Below, piece after piece: positions 1 to 16,204 of a DNA stretch of 64,000 nucleotides. The position numbers were made by a program, and so were the translations under genes. The DNA lies in assembly GCF_009914755.1 (NCBI RefSeq), contig NC_060932.1. One strand, 5' to 3'. The notes beneath the pieces were generated by a model. That model had not been told where the DNA came from, did not search any database, and saw only the letters and a list, made by a program, of their open reading frames with translations. The stretch comes from the human T2T-CHM13v2.0 reference genome, Homo sapiens. Each line of letters starts with the position of its first letter. The stretch's first letter is position 1.

Positions 1-43
1 ATCAGATTTAAACAAATATTTTGAAATTCCGAGTAGTTAGAAA

Positions 44-882
44 AATTTATTTTTAATTTTTTGGGTACATAGTAGATGTATATATTTATGAGGTAAATGA
101 GATATTTTGATACAGTCATACAATGCATAATAATCACAACAGGGTAAATGCAATAACCATCACCTCAAGCATTTATCATTTCTTTCTGTTATAAACATTC
201 CAATTATATTATTTTAGTTATTTTTAAATGCACAGTAAATTATTGTTCACTGTAGTCACCCTGTTGTTCTATCAGACACTAGATCTTTTTCATTCTAACT
301 GTATTTTTGTATCCCTTAACCATACCCACCTCCCTTCCCCTGCCCCAATACTCTTCCTAGCCTCTGGTAACCTTCCTTCTATTCTTTATCTCCATGAGTT
401 CAATCATTTCAATTTTTAGCTCCCACAAATGAGTGAGAGCATGCAGAGTTTGTTTTTCTGTGCCTGGCTTATTTCATTTAACGTAATGTCCTCCGGTTCC
501 ATCTATGTTGTGGTAAATGACAGGATTTCATTCTTTTTTATGGCTGAGTAGTACTCCATTGTGTGTATGTACCACATTTTCTTTATCTGTTCATCTGTTG
601 ATGGACACTTGGGTTGCTTCCAAATCTTGGCTATTGTAAATAGTGCTGCAATAAACATTAGAGTACAGATATCTTTTAAATATATGATTTCCTTTCTTTT
701 TGTTATATACCTAGCAGTAGCATTGCTGGATCATATGATAGTTCTATTTTTAGTTTTGTGAGGACCCTCCATACTGTTCTCCATAGTAGTTGTACTAATT
801 TATATTCCCACCGACAGTGTACATGGGTTCCCTTTTCCCCACACCCTCACCAGCATTTATTATTGCCTGTCTTTTGGATAAA
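44..882 (-). mobile_element. L1 3' end fragment (L1MA-like)
   Basis: Antisense L1MA 3' UTR (ttgggtacatagtagatgtatatatttatg...) running into the ORF2 tail; the track ORF 561-761 is a typical antisense-L1 reading. Confidence 0.85.
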
Positions 883-2682
883 TCCAAGTAGTTTTATGTG
901 TCATGAACAAAACGTATTATACACATAATGAAAATTAAGTTTTCTGATTTTTAAGTTTATATGCAAATACATCTTAACATCTTATCTATTTTTTAAAAAG
1001 AGACTTCACAATGGTTTGCAATAATTACATTTTTATTTCCTGTCAGTGGATTTATGTGTGTTTGAAATGGTTTATATTTTATATGCATTTAGTTTTAATT
1101 GAATGGTATATATTTTATATTCATTCGTGATGAAGTATTTCTAAGGTAGAAAAGACCTTAAGTTGAACTCTGAAATAGCAAACACATTGTGGACATTTGT
1201 GAATTTATGTTACTTTTATATGTTTATTTCTTGACCCTTCCTCCAGAAAGCCTTCCCCTGATGTCCCCTGTCTCCAACCAGGTGGAAAAGTTGCCCCACT
1301 TTGGGACACTTATATTACCCTTTCCTGGGCCCATTTATATTACTTCCTTCCACTTTGCTCTTCTTGAGAACAGAGTTTATATAATATTTATCTTTGATCT
1401 CCAGTGCCTAACATAGTACTTAGTGAGTGTTGACTACGACTTCATGAAAGCTTAAAATGAAATAGAAGAAGATTATCTTAATGTACTGAAAATGTAAAGC
1501 CCATAGTCTGGGCTTTACGTGAGCAGGCTGAAGAGCAGGAGACCTTTGTAGCACTTCTGGAGAGGGTTTTGAACAAAGACATAGAAGCTGAGATTAGTGC
1601 TTATTCTACACAAGGCACCATTGTGGAGAGACAGGCAGTTAGAGGGGCACATAAGTTAGAGTTCTCTGTGCACAGATATGCACAGATAACAACATTAGAT
1701 AGTATTATTAAGTGCCGTAAGAGTTTAAACCATACATGGGGTGTTTTGGGAATTCAGAAATTACTTCTAATTTGGATGATTGGGGAGGGCTGTTTGTTTT
1801 TGTTTTTCTTTTTTGTCAGAGGTGTAGTGAGTAGTTTTGAAAGATGGATGAGATTTCAAGAAACTGAATGGAGACAAACTGATGACAGCTAAAGGTCTAT
1901 GTAGTGTGAAGTGGGACATTAGTTTGGGCAGAGAGTTAGGGGCCAGAATTGGGGCCTAATTCCTTAGGAATGTTGATGGAATTTGCACACAATTGTGTTT
2001 TGACCACACTGAGATTTATTCCCCTAGGACATTTATCCAGAATACCAGAGGTCAACTAAGATAACTATTTTCAAAACTACACTGTATAGTCTGCCCCTTA
2101 CTTAGGAGCTAATTATGCAGGCTTATTATTTTTTTTTAGCTTTTCATGCTTTTTATTCTTTCTCCTTCCTGTTATCTGCCTATAAATAATTTTTATTTTG
2201 ATCAGCACCTCCATCAGAGTCAAAATCATGAGTGTCTTGCCTACTTTTCATCAGCTCTACAGTATGAAATTACAGACTTATTATATGAGAAGAAGATCTC
2301 TTCCACTGATAGTTAAATTAATTCATTTAATTTAATTTGGACTGTAAAGACATATTCAAATCTACCAGAAAAGTATGGAATGAGTACATTGGTAAAGAAA
2401 ATGCGTATATTTTTAAAACACACTTCAAATCACTTCTAGTAATCCCAGGTACTTGACTATTTATTACGTTTGTAAGTTCTATGAAGTCACGAATCATGTC
2501 TGTCTGCCTCGCTGATCGTTGTATCCCTAGTTTACACTTATCATGGAAACATTTAATGAATATTTGATAAATATATTAAGTATACTTGATAGGCTAATTA
2601 AAACACATTTTTAAACATACATTTCTATATGTATGTAATATATGTGTTACATATAAAATCACTTTCAATAAAGTACAGACAT

Positions 2683-3261
2683 TGTCAAGAATTGTGAAAA
2701 GTTAGAGTTTGACCTTATTTGCAAGTCTCATGGATAGAAAACATGAGAATGCTGGATCAGAGATGAAACATAGTTCTTTACCTACAACAGAGTGTCTGCA
2801 GATATGCTAGTTCCAAACCCTAAGTCTCTGAGGATGACATGAAGAGGACCAGCTGATGTCTGCACACACAGGGAGTTGTATTATAGTAGAGGACTCTGAT
2901 TTGGAGGACCTGAATCTTTTATAATGGACAGTAAGCCTGCCTGCCCTTTTCTTTCTAGGGAGACAACTATCTGTCTTCGTTGACTGTTTATCATATATTT
3001 ATCCTTGAAAAAACAGTCTGGACTGGGTTTGTGGCATGCGCCTGTAATCCCACTCAGGAGACTGAGAGAGGAGGATCGCTTGAGCCTAGGAGTTCAAGGC
3101 CAGCCTGGGCAAACATAGCAAGACTCCATCTCTAAAAAAAAAAAGTACATTTTAAATTTTAAGAAAAGAAAAGATAGTCTGGGGAAAAGGCAGGCAATGC
3201 CTTTACCTATAAGATATGTGAAAATGTGCTAGACCCATGGAGAACTATTCCCTAGTAGACA
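2683..3261. mobile_element. Old ERVL-class LTR (MER76/LTR47-like), interrupted by an Alu monomer
   Basis: TG...CA ends; resembles the recalled consensus (tgtcaagaactgtgaa...cttgcaag...tcatgga...); related copy at 16387-16640. Confidence 0.55.
3020..3167 (+). mobile_element. Alu monomer (FLAM)
   Basis: Single left-type arm plus A tail; TSD GAAAAAACAGTCT / GAAAAGATAGTCT. Confidence 0.85.
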
Positions 3262-3305
3262 TATACCCTAAAGGGCCTCTGTAAGGGCATTGCTTTTCAT
3301 CTAAT

Positions 3306-3540
3306 CAAGGGATCAGCAGCAAACTACAGCCTGTGGGCCAAATCTAGCCCACCACCTGTTTTTGTAAATAAAATTTTATTGGAACATAGACACATATGCT
3401 CATTTACATATTGCTTATATACTACAATAGTCAGAGTCAAGTAGTTGTAGAGTCAAGTAGTTGCAACAGAGACCACGTGGCAAACAAAGCCTAAAGCATT
3501 TGTTCTATAGCCCTTTACAGGCAAAGTTTACTGACCCTAG
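3306..3540. mobile_element. MER58A-like hAT-Charlie DNA transposon
   Basis: cagcaaactacagcctgtgggccaaatc...ccctttacaggcaaagtttactgacccta; internal tandem duplication of agagtcaagtagttg. Confidence 0.8.
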
Positions 3541-6283
3541 ATCTAGCCTAAATATTTGACATATGAGGAAGCTTTGTAAAATATGCTAAGTTGACTTTTT
3601 TCTAAAATATTTAAAAATTTTAAGTTATTCTCTAATCCTTATTGACTTCTTCACAGTTACTGAGAGTTGCCTATCTGTACTATAGTTTTCACATTATCAA
3701 GAGTTATTAAGAACCTATTATCTACCTCTGAATGTAAAACTTGAAAATAAATTTTGAAAGAACCAACTATCAATGATTACACCTTTTTAGCTTTAAAACA
3801 ATCATGTAACAAGTTGTCACAGTGTAAGTGTTTGGTTTATGAGCATTGCTTATTTGTCAGTTTATATTTTTGAAAACCATGACCGTCAAGTAACTGAAAT
3901 ACGGGAGTCAGTATGACAAGGTGAAAAAGCTTCCTGGGCTCTGGAATCTCCAGGAGTCCCGGCTTTGCAACTAATTATCATTGAGATCCTTGACAGGTTT
4001 TTTTAACTTTCTGAACTTTATTTTCTTGATCTGTAAAATGGATATACTCTTACTAACTTACAGAATTACCATTAAAATTGAATAATGTAAATCTTCACAT
4101 GTAGTATGCATTTTAAAATATTAGTTCTTTTCCTAAAATATAAACTTAAAAAAGTAAATCTTATGTATTTCTTCAGAGTTGGAAAGAACTAAAGTAGTTC
4201 TTATTCTATCTTCCTAAATTTTTGTGGGTAAGGAAACTAAGGCTTACGTTGGTTAGGTGACTTTAACTCAAGATGACAAAACTAGTTAGCAAGTAAATGT
4301 AGAATTAAGCTCTCCCTGATTCCCAAGTATTGTTATTTATAGTAAATGATGTACATTTGACTGCATTTGATACAAATAAGTAAAATATCTGAACAGTTAG
4401 AAATGAGACTAAAACATAATATGAGTTTAGAGTTTGTAGTCTCATTAAAAGACACCATAAACTAGTAAAGTTGCCCCTGCTCTAAGTTTTAACTCAGAAG
4501 TTCTGAGTATATTTTTATTCTTTCTCTTTAAGGAAAAATATTTTCTTGAAAGATGTCATATTACACACCTGCATTTGCTTGAAACCTGGTAGCTTGATAA
4601 ATCGATAAGATAACTGGGTCATATGTTAAGTTTTTTGAAAAACCAACCCAAACATAGATTCTAATAAAAGAACGTTACACATTTCCTTTTAAAGTCTAAA
4701 AAGTATTTCTCAGGGCTCTTAAATTACCATATTCTGATACCAGGGGAAAATAAAATCTGGACTTAGAGTCTTGTTTGTACTTAGAGGGTTTTCCGGACAG
4801 GAAGGCAGTCTTGATGCAATGCAGTAAGCCACAATACCAGTGGGGCATTACAGGTGAAAAATCTGCAGCTGTACCCCTTCACCACAGTGTATTACAACTG
4901 TATGCTGGAATATTTCCTGTACAAAAATAGGGTTTGGTTAACTTTGTTTCCCAAGAGTAGATCACATTAAAATGTTATAAAATCATGATTTCCTGCATTT
5001 GAATACTTGTGGTTTCTCAACTGGTTCCAATAGTATAAGGGTTTTTTTTTTTTTTTTTTTGGTATGACTTCTATTAGTTGAAGATGTATAGAAGCTTTTC
5101 TTTTCCTTCTTCAAAATCAACTAAAAAGCAGATACATATAAAAAGAAATAATATTATAAGCTAAAACTTTTGAGATTGCAAGCACATTCATCTTTTATCT
5201 CATTGGTAGATTTTTTAAATGATATAGAAACTCAAAATCCAACTTCCATTACCAGAATACATTTTATTTTTATTTAGTAACTATTGAAAAGTATCTCTAC
5301 TCAATTTGCATTTGTTTTGAGTGATGAATATGTGTCTCCTACTGTAAATTATAAATAACTGATTGTAAGAAATACTCTTTATGTTTAAAAGGACAGTTAA
5401 GCCCTAACACATTCATAAAGAGAAACCTCCCATTATTGTACAAAGACAAAGCCGGTTTCTTAGCCTATTAAGGTTTTGATGTTCATAATGCTGTCCATTT
5501 ATCCCTATCTCTAGATAAGGACTGTCTCTTTCAGTCACTGAACATGTCTATTTCATGCCCAGACCTCACTTTCTATTTTTTAACTATCTACTTACTCTCC
5601 TCCAGCCATCAGTTTAAAACTCTTTCACCTATGTACTTGTCTACTAATTTTCTAGTACTTTTCTCTTTGGGGAATATATTTGGTTTTATCACCATCTTAA
5701 CATTGTATAAGTGCAGTATATACTTTTACTTTGTTAATGACATAAAATAGCATTCTATAATTGAAATAATAGTTTCACAACAATTACTCTTTCAAAAGTT
5801 ACTAATTAGGAGCTTTCAGGGGCAAAAGGCCTCCCCCAACCCCCATGCCCCCACTCCCTGCCACAACACCTAGGGTTGTATGTCAAAAATAATTAGAGGC
5901 AATTGATTAGTTTTAAAGTTGCTTGAGGCAGTGGGAACCAGTTGGGGTAAACAATAGGCTAACCAAAATGTTTGAAAGGAAAAACGGGAATGAGATGTCC
6001 ATGGGGTTTTGAAAAGCTCCAACATATTCCTGGGAAACTACAAGTACATGCTCATGAATAAGACTATGCACACCCCCAGGGATGTGTGCCTGCTCAGGGA
6101 AGACCTGAGAAGGTCCTGTACTCTCACCTCTGTCTGTCCTTAAAGCTCTGTGCAAGCAGTAAGTGAAGGCTAAGGAGGAGTTGAAGGTGTGCGCCAGAGC
6201 TCAAAGAGCCCTTCAGCCAAGAATTGGAGGCTTATTGGTTCCAGACCTTTAGGGAAGTCTGTTTAATCATTAGCTGACTACTA

Positions 6284-6345
6284 CACTAACCAAGTGGAGA
6301 CTTCACTAACCAACTGGAGACTTCACTAATCAATTGGAGACTTCA
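6284..6345. repeat. 20-bp unit x3 tandem repeat (CACTAACCAAGTGGAGACTT)
   Basis: Three near-identical units at 6284, 6304 and 6324. Confidence 0.9.
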
Positions 6346-6443
6346 GTGGCCACACAATGAAAATTACAAACTTCACAAAATTAGCTCATAAATATTACTA
6401 AACAACAACTACAATGTATAGCAAGGATAATAAACCCTGAGGA

Positions 6444-6758
6444 GGCTGGAGGCGGTGGCTGATGCCTATAATCCCAGCACTTTGGGAGGCCGAGGTGGGC
6501 AGATCACCTGAGGTCAGGAGTTCAACACCAGCCTGGCCAACATGGTGAAACCCCATCTCTACTAAAAATACAAAAATTAGTTGGGTGTGGTGGTGCATGC
6601 CTGTAATCCCAGCTACTCAGGAGGCTGAGGCAGGAGAATTGCTTGAGCCAGGAGGCAGAGGTTGCAGTGAGCCAAGATCGTGCCACTGCCCTGCAGCCTG
6701 GGCAACAGAGGGAGACTCCATCTCAAAAATAAATAAATAAATAAATAAACAAATAAGC
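6444..6758 (+). mobile_element. Alu (AluS-type), full length, (AAAT)n tail
   Basis: Dimeric Alu; TSD AAACCCTGAGGA / AAACCCTGGGGA. Confidence 0.95.
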
Positions 6759-8282
6759 AAACCCTGGGGAAGAGGAAGGATCTGATTTTTAAAGTTCCCT
6801 TTGTTTATTTACAATAATATAGTTAATAATGTTATTTATTAATATTATAAAATCTTATATCATTAAAAATGCCATTTTCAAGAAAGTAGTATGAGATGGG
6901 CAAAGAAATAAGAAAGTACAGCCTGTATATGTTAAAAAAGCGATCAATAGAAATTGTCCCTGAGGAAGCCCAGATGTTGGACTTATTAGACAAATACTTG
7001 AAATCACCTGTTTTAAATGTATTCAAAGAACTAAAAAAGGCCATGTCTAAAAAGCTTAAGTATAGGAATCATGTCTCACCAAATATAGAATATTAATAAT
7101 GAGATTGAAACAATAATGTTTAAAAACAAGTACAAATTCCAGAATTGAAAAGTGTAATAACTGAAATGAAAAATTCACTAGAGGGGCTAAGCAACAAATT
7201 TAAGCAGGAAGAAGAATGAATCAGTGAGCTTGAAGTTAGGTCGTTTTGAGATTATTGAGTCTGAAGAACAGAAAATTTTAAAAAATGAAGAAAAATGGAC
7301 AGAGCTTCAGAGATCTGTGACACACCATCAAGTGTACCAATATATGCATAGGGGAAGTCCCAGGAGAGGAGAGAAACGGGAAGAAAGAATATTTGAAGAA
7401 TAATGGGCAAACACTTCCCAAATTTGATGACAAACATTTATCTACATCTAAGAAGCTCAATGAACTCTACCTTAAATAAACTCAAAGATATCCACACTTA
7501 GACACAAACTGTCAAAAGACAAAGAATATTGAAAGCAACAAAAGAGAAGTAACTCATCACATATAAGGGATATTCTAAGATTAACAGCTGATTTCTCATC
7601 AAAAGCCATAGAGACCAGAAGACAGTGAGATGACATATTCAAAGTGCTGAAATAAAAAGACTACTAATGAGAAAAAGCCTGCCAAATGAAGTAACTATAA
7701 ATGACTGGGATAAGTGGCAAAAATGAAAATGTATTCTCCGTTTATTGCTTCCTAAGAACCCACTTTAAAGAAAGTGGAACTGGAAATTGTAAATGGCACA
7801 TTATGGGGTCTATCTTATTTAATCTAAAAATTATTAAAGAGCATAGGATTTACAACCAGAAAGTTTGCCACTTACTAAATGTGTAATCTTGAGCAGGTTA
7901 CTTAACTTCACTGAGCCATATTTCACTCATTTATAACATGGGAATAATATTTTCCTCCCTGAAATAATGTGTAAGAAAAATCTGTAAATTTGTATCTTGT
8001 AGAGGGCTATTCAAAGGGTAGTTTCTTCTACCACAGCTGCCATCACTACCTGCTACTATCAAAACACCGATGATGGTAGATATATAGCTGTTCTTCTGCT
8101 ATAATTACCCAATTTGGCACCCTGGGAAGTCTAGAAATATGGCGGGAAAAGTGATGAAGAGAGTATCCTCTGCTGTAACCAAACTCTAATAACTAAGTCT
8201 AGAATGGAAGCTCTGGCTTTGTACTCACTAACCAGACTTACACCGTCAGCTACCCTGTTTTGTCATAGTTGAGCAGACCTGA

Positions 8283-8384
8283 TAGGCTACATCAGTTGCT
8301 AGATCTCCCCTCTCTACCTACCAACTCTTTATTAGGCTACATCAGTTGCTAGATCTCCCCTCTCTACCTACCAACTCTTTATTA
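8283..8384. repeat. Perfect 50-bp tandem duplication
   Basis: TAGGCTACATCAGTTGCTAGATCTCCCCTCTCTACCTACCAACTCTTTAT occurs twice with no mismatch. Confidence 0.97.
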
Positions 8385-9375
8385 TGCACATATATACAGC
8401 AAAGACACTTCCTTTGTTGTTTTGCCTAGGTTGCTTAGTTGGACTGAGTGGAGAAAGGGGTAATGGCCCAGCTTCAGCAGCCCCTGCGCAAAGAAATCCA
8501 TGAGGACAGATGGGCAGTCATAACCCTGCTAACAGTCTTGGCAGTACTATTAAGTAATAAAAACAAATTAAGTGCCAAAATATTCTTTGTACCAAAAATA
8601 TTTTTAAATGGCCAACACACATGCAAATCTTCCCAAATTAGCCATCAAATGGAAACAAATTGTGGAATAACATTTTAAATGCAAAAATACATGTGCTCTT
8701 ACCAACTGGCAGATATACAACCTAAGATATTCATATGCAAAGACTACATATGCTTAGAGTACAGTTTATTATGTATGGCTGGCTAATTTTTTAGGTCCTG
8801 TCAAATAATGGATAGGAAAACAAAATGTAATAAAAAAATATATAATCCTGACAGTCATTTGAAATGTACCATGTGTTACATGTGGAATGTTTTCCAGTGA
8901 AACCAATTTACTTGTTCCCACTTCCCATGACTCAGTACTAGATATTCGGGCTTTCTAAACTATTTTTTTGGCACCAAACTCTTGGAATAGTCATCTTTCC
9001 TTCAAGTTATTCAGTACAGGCATTAATAACAAATCCTTAGTTATAGATATTGTAACTAAAGATCATTCACGTCATCTCTTTCAAAACTAAAAGCACATAA
9101 TAAAGTTATTTTAAATAGATCACACAAAATAGAGCCCAGAGTTATTCCTTGAGAATAATTAATTGCTACCATATGAAGTTATAAGAACAATAAGACCACA
9201 TTAGGTTTTTAGCTTAATTATGTCACCACCAACTAGAGATTAGTTGGGCAATGTCAACTTCTAACTGAAAGACAAGAGAGGATTAGTGAGTTAAGTTAAT
9301 GCAAAGTTTGTTAAAAATTGGCATGAATGCAAAATAATTTGAGTGGAAGTACCAGTATATTAAACAAGATCTTTT

Positions 9376-9498
9376 TAGAATAAAAGACTGCTAAAGAAGG
9401 TAGCATGGTTATTTTTAAGAATACTAGTCTGAGAACGTAGAATAAAAGACTGTTAAAGGAGGTAGCATTGTTATCTTTAAGAATACTAATCTGAGAAC
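9376..9498. repeat. 62-bp tandem duplication, diverged
   Basis: tagaataaaagactg...ctgagaac occurs twice with 5 substitutions. Confidence 0.92.
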
Positions 9499-9699
9499 AC
9501 ATGGCATGCAAGCCAGGCCTCAAGAAGTAGTAGTAGGTTACCTTTAGAACCACAGCCATTGTCTCTACTCCTCCTAAATCAGGTGTCAGTTCCACCACAT
9601 GCTTCACTTCCTTGTTTTCTAGTCACCACCCAAACTATAAGATGCATTTCTTCCTGTCTAGATACTGTACCTACTCTTACCAACCTCCCTCTTCCTCAG

Positions 9700-11370
<1,671 letters not shown>

Positions 11371-11656
11371 CAGGTTTTATTATCCTTGTTTACAAGTGAG
11401 GGAACTGAGGCTCAGAATCATTAAATAGGTTGCCCAAGGTCATAGAGCAGTGATTTAAGTGGTAGGGCCAGGATTTTATCCGAAGTGTGACACCAATGAC
11501 TTTTTTTTTTGTAGGATGGAGAAATAAGATAATGTAAAGATGATGTCTACATGCTTTTAAAAGTAAATTTATGGTTCAATATGTATTTGAATAAAATCTT
11601 TAAAATATTGTACTCAGTGTTGTTTTTAGGTTTTATTTCGATGTGTTAAGGACAAA

Positions 11657-11994
11657 TAGAGTTAGCCTTTTGTATCCATCAGTTCTACCTCCATGGATTC
11701 AGCCAACCACCAATCAAAAATATTCAAGAAAAGAAAATTGTGCTTCTACTGCACATTTACAGACTTTTCTTGTCATTATTTCCTAAACAATACAGTGTAA
11801 CAACTATTTACATAGTATTTACATTGTATTAGGTATCATGAGGAATCTGGAGATGATTTAAAGTATATGGGAGGATGTGCATAGGTTATATGCAAATACT
11901 GCAGCATTTTATATCAGGGACTTGAGCATCCATAGATTTTGGTATCTGTAGGTAGTCCCAGAACCAACCCCTCATGGATACTGAAGGATGATTA
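11657..11994. mobile_element. MER2-like TcMar-Tigger DNA transposon
   Basis: gtatccatcagttct...catttacattgtattaggtat...gatgtgcataggttatatgcaaatact...catggatactgaagg. Confidence 0.8.
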
Positions 11995-12774
11995 TATATT
12001 CTTATAATGGGAAAAAAGAATAAGTACGTGACTTTTATACATGTATTTAAAGGCATACAACTTAAATTTTTAATAGGGGTTTCATTTGGTGTGAATTTAT
12101 TAATATGCCTTTGTTAACAGAGTAAAATAGGGCACATAAAGGAAAATTCTGACGCATAACTGACATACTTTGGTATGTATCTCCATAGTAATCTATTGTT
12201 TTCTGAATTTTCAGAGTAGCTGAGAATATTCCAGCTGAAGTATGTAACTACAGAGCCAGCCTCACACAAGTTGTGAACTAAATAAAGTTTTTCTTTGGCA
12301 TTCTTCCACATCTCTTACTTTAGGCTCCCAGAATTCCTCCTTCCCTAAACCCCACTGTTGGTGCAGTCCACATTCATTGCCCCTAGGCTACCTAATGGCT
12401 TCCCACAGCAGTTCCCATCTTGGACTGCCTTATATTATGTACCTACTCCAACCCTCGCCTTGTACTTAAAAACTTAGTGGTGCTTTTTCCTTAAGGTCCT
12501 ACTCTGCCTTCCAATGTGCCAGCTAATTTTTATAAGCTATTATATATTAATTTTAATGCAGAATTTCAGGAGATGATGCTGGAAACAAGTATTTTTTGCA
12601 TATTTTCTGTATACCCTCTCCACCAAAAAGATTACATTGAACTTTATATTCCGTTATTTGTATTACCAAAAACAATAGGTATATTAATATGCTTTTTCTT
12701 TTGGGTGGATGATAGGCAATTTTATATTCTTTGTTGTACTTGTGTTTATGCAACATTTTATAATAAACACATTC

Positions 12775-12915
12775 TTTAATTTTTTATTTTTAGTTAGTAT
12801 GGGTACATAATCATATATATTTATGGTATGGGACACGTAATGTTTTGATACAGACATAGGATAAATAAGATCTGATATTTGATAGCACAGCAAGGTGACT
12901 ATATCATTAAATTAT
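12775..12915 (-). mobile_element. Short L1MA 3' fragment with an oppositely oriented adjoining piece
   Basis: Antisense L1MA 3' tip, followed by sense-orientation ataagatctgatatttgatagcacagcaaggtgactata. Confidence 0.6.
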
Positions 12916-12961
12916 TAATATGCTTTTTCTCAACTCATTTGCCCTTCCCTTGTCCACTGAG

Positions 12962-13281
12962 TTTTTGTTTGTTTGCTTGTGGTTTTTTTTTTATTTTTTT
13001 GAAACAGGGTCTCCATCTGTTGTCCGGGCTGGGTGCAGTGGCACAATCATGGCTCACTGCAGCCTCAACCTCCTGGGTTCAGGCGATCCTCCGACTTCAG
13101 CCTCCTAAGTAACTGGGACCACAAGAACATGCCATCATGCCCAGCTAATTTTTTTTCCTCCTGTAGAGACAGGGTCTTACCGAGTTGCCCAGGCTGATTT
13201 CAAACTCCTGGGCTCCAGCAATCCTCCTGTCTCCACTTCCCAAAGTGCTGGGATTATAGGAATTAACCACTGTGACTGGCC
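12962..13281 (-). mobile_element. Alu (AluJ-type), antisense
   Basis: Dimeric Alu; TSD TCCACTGAG. Confidence 0.93.
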
Positions 13282-13801
13282 TCCACTGAGATTTTTATAT
13301 GTCTCTCTAGGGATTTATACTCCAGTTACCATATCTCTTCCACCGCTGGTTGTTATGAGTGTCTTAAACCACAGGGCTGACCCACTGGCAGTCCAGAGAG
13401 TAGTTAAGCAATGATATATTCCTTTATCTCTGAAGTCATAGCATATATGGAGGGCCACACTTTTAACAGGTATGTAGCAGAAAATAATATTGAACTGTGG
13501 GTACAGTGTTCCTGAACATCCAGATTCATAGTTTATTATTTTCTTCCAAGAAGTCCAACCCATTATTAAGAAATCTAATAATCAGAACTCTTACAACTTA
13601 CCTGATTCTGGCAACAACATATAAGCTTCCAAAGTGTTCTTTGAGCATGAGAGGGGTAAATAATGGCTAACATTTCTTAAGCTCTTACTATGTGATATTA
13701 AATAAAATGCTTTGTCTCATTTAATATTTATGAAAATTCATGAGGGTAGCTATATTCTTATCCCCCTTTTACACATATGGGAACTTGTGTTAGAAAAATT
13801 A

Positions 13802-14118
<317 letters not shown>

Positions 14119-14269
14119 AGAAAAATTAATTTGCCCAAGAAAAAGTTAATGGAGCTAGGATTTGAATCCCGATAGATCTGATCCAAAGTTCATACTTTCA
14201 ACTTCTATACTTCTTTGTGGAGAATCTTTAATGTGCCAGAGATGGGTTGAACCACCCAGAATGTGTATA

Positions 14270-15250
14270 TTCATTCATTGATTCATGAATTATTCATTCA
14301 TTTATTCAGCAACTCTTTTTGAACATTTGCTGTATTCACTATCCCAGGTGCTGTGAAAATTCAAAGCTTAGCCAAATAGAAATCATTCCCTCAAGGAATG
14401 TGTCCACCAGAGAAGATGTCACATACAGAAATAACTATAACATGAAGTATATAGTGATAAGAGCTGTAAAAGACATTCCCATTTTAAAAAAATTATTTGT
14501 GTTCAGAAAAGAGAAAGGATTTTTCCATCTGGGGAGGTGAAAAGGCTGAGATAGGTGGTATTCTATTTGGTTATGGATTGATGTGAAGGATTTAGACCTG
14601 AGACAGTGAGAAAGTAGGGGGTATAGAGGTATTTCAGGCTGAGAGAGAATATAGGAGCAATAACCCAGAGAAAAGAAGTTAGAGAAAATTATGTCATGGA
14701 AAGCAAGAAAAGAGAGAATTTCAAGAAATGGTGGCTAAAAGTTTAATGCCATGGATATGTCACTTATCACTAACCAGAATATGTGCTACTATTTCATCAC
14801 ATTTACCCTCTTCCGCATATCCATTCTCCCCTCGTCCTTACAGCATCTCATCATATATGGATGCTCAAGTCACTGTTTAAAGAAAAGAAACTTAATTATA
14901 GGTGGAGGTAACGTTTATTTCAACATTTAGTCCTGTTGAAAGATTGAGAATTACTTATTTAGGAAAGAAAGGTTAGGGAGCAATCTGTTCATTAAAGAAG
15001 CTTTTTTGAGATCCCATTTTGTCCTCAAAACTGTGTTAGGTGCTAGTAATATTTTTTTAAATAATGTGCCATTTCTGCCCTCAAGGATCTTAGAGTCAAC
15101 TAAAGGAGACAAACATATAAATAAGTAATTACAAAATATAGTGAGTCCTGTGTTAGAGTAGTGTACTAGGTATAGACATGACACAAGAGAGGCAGTGATC
15201 AGTTCTGAGGATGGTAATTAGGGAATGCTTCCAAAAAGGGAAACACATCT
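14270..15250 (-). mobile_element. L2 3' fragments
   Basis: (ATTC)n L2 tail, attcagcaac...ttgaacatttgctgt...ccaggtgctg; second piece near 14990-15250. Confidence 0.55.
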
Positions 15251-15326
15251 GAGCCACTCTTTTATTTTTTAAGACACATAGGATTAACCCACATGTTCTC
15301 ATCCTAAACAAAATAATATTTCCTAG

Positions 15327-15662
<336 letters not shown>

Positions 15663-15912
15663 ATAGAGATATACTTTATTCATTTTAACAGTTGTGTAGA
15701 AATACATCCTATAGATCTGCATGTTACATGTAACCAATCCTCTATTGATGATATTCGACTTGTTTCAACTTTTCTTATTAATAAACACAGTACTGAAGTA
15801 CATACACACACATATGTATATACATATATATGTGTGCACACACACTTGTGCTTTGGAATCTCTGTAAAACAAATTCTTAGAAGCATACTTCCTAGGGGAA
15901 AAAAAAAGTTTT

Positions 15913-16204
15913 GGCTAGGCGCGGTGGCTCATGCTTGTAATCCCAGCAGTTTGGGAGGCTGAAGCAGGTGGATCACCTGAGGTCAGGAGTTCGAGACCAG
16001 CCTGGCCAACATGGCGAAACCCCTTCTCTACTAAAAATACAAAAATTAGCTGGGCGTGATGGTGCATGCCTGTAATCCCAGCTACTCGGGAAGCTGAGGT
16101 GGGAGAATTGCTTGAACCCAGGGGCCAAGGTTGCAGTGAGCTGAGATCGTACCACTTCACTCCAGCCTGGGTGAAAAAGCAAAACTCTGTCTATAAAAGA
16201 AAAG
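15913..16204 (+). mobile_element. Alu (AluS-type)
   Basis: ggctaggcgcggtggctcatgc...cacctgaggtcaggagttcgagacc. Confidence 0.95.

Larger units (their letters stand above)
5810..7660 (+). mobile_element. Old L1 (L1M) 5'/ORF1 region, interrupted by an Alu
   Basis: A-rich ORF1-like sequence (cctgaggaagcccagatgttggacttattagacaaa; ctgatttctcatcaaaagccatagagaccagaagacagtgagatgacatattcaaagtgctgaaa). Confidence 0.75.

Noticed and set aside
6284-6345. Thrice-repeated 20-mer as a CRISPR-like array
   Set aside because: The units are adjacent with no spacers, in eukaryotic DNA inside an L1 relic; it is a simple minisatellite.
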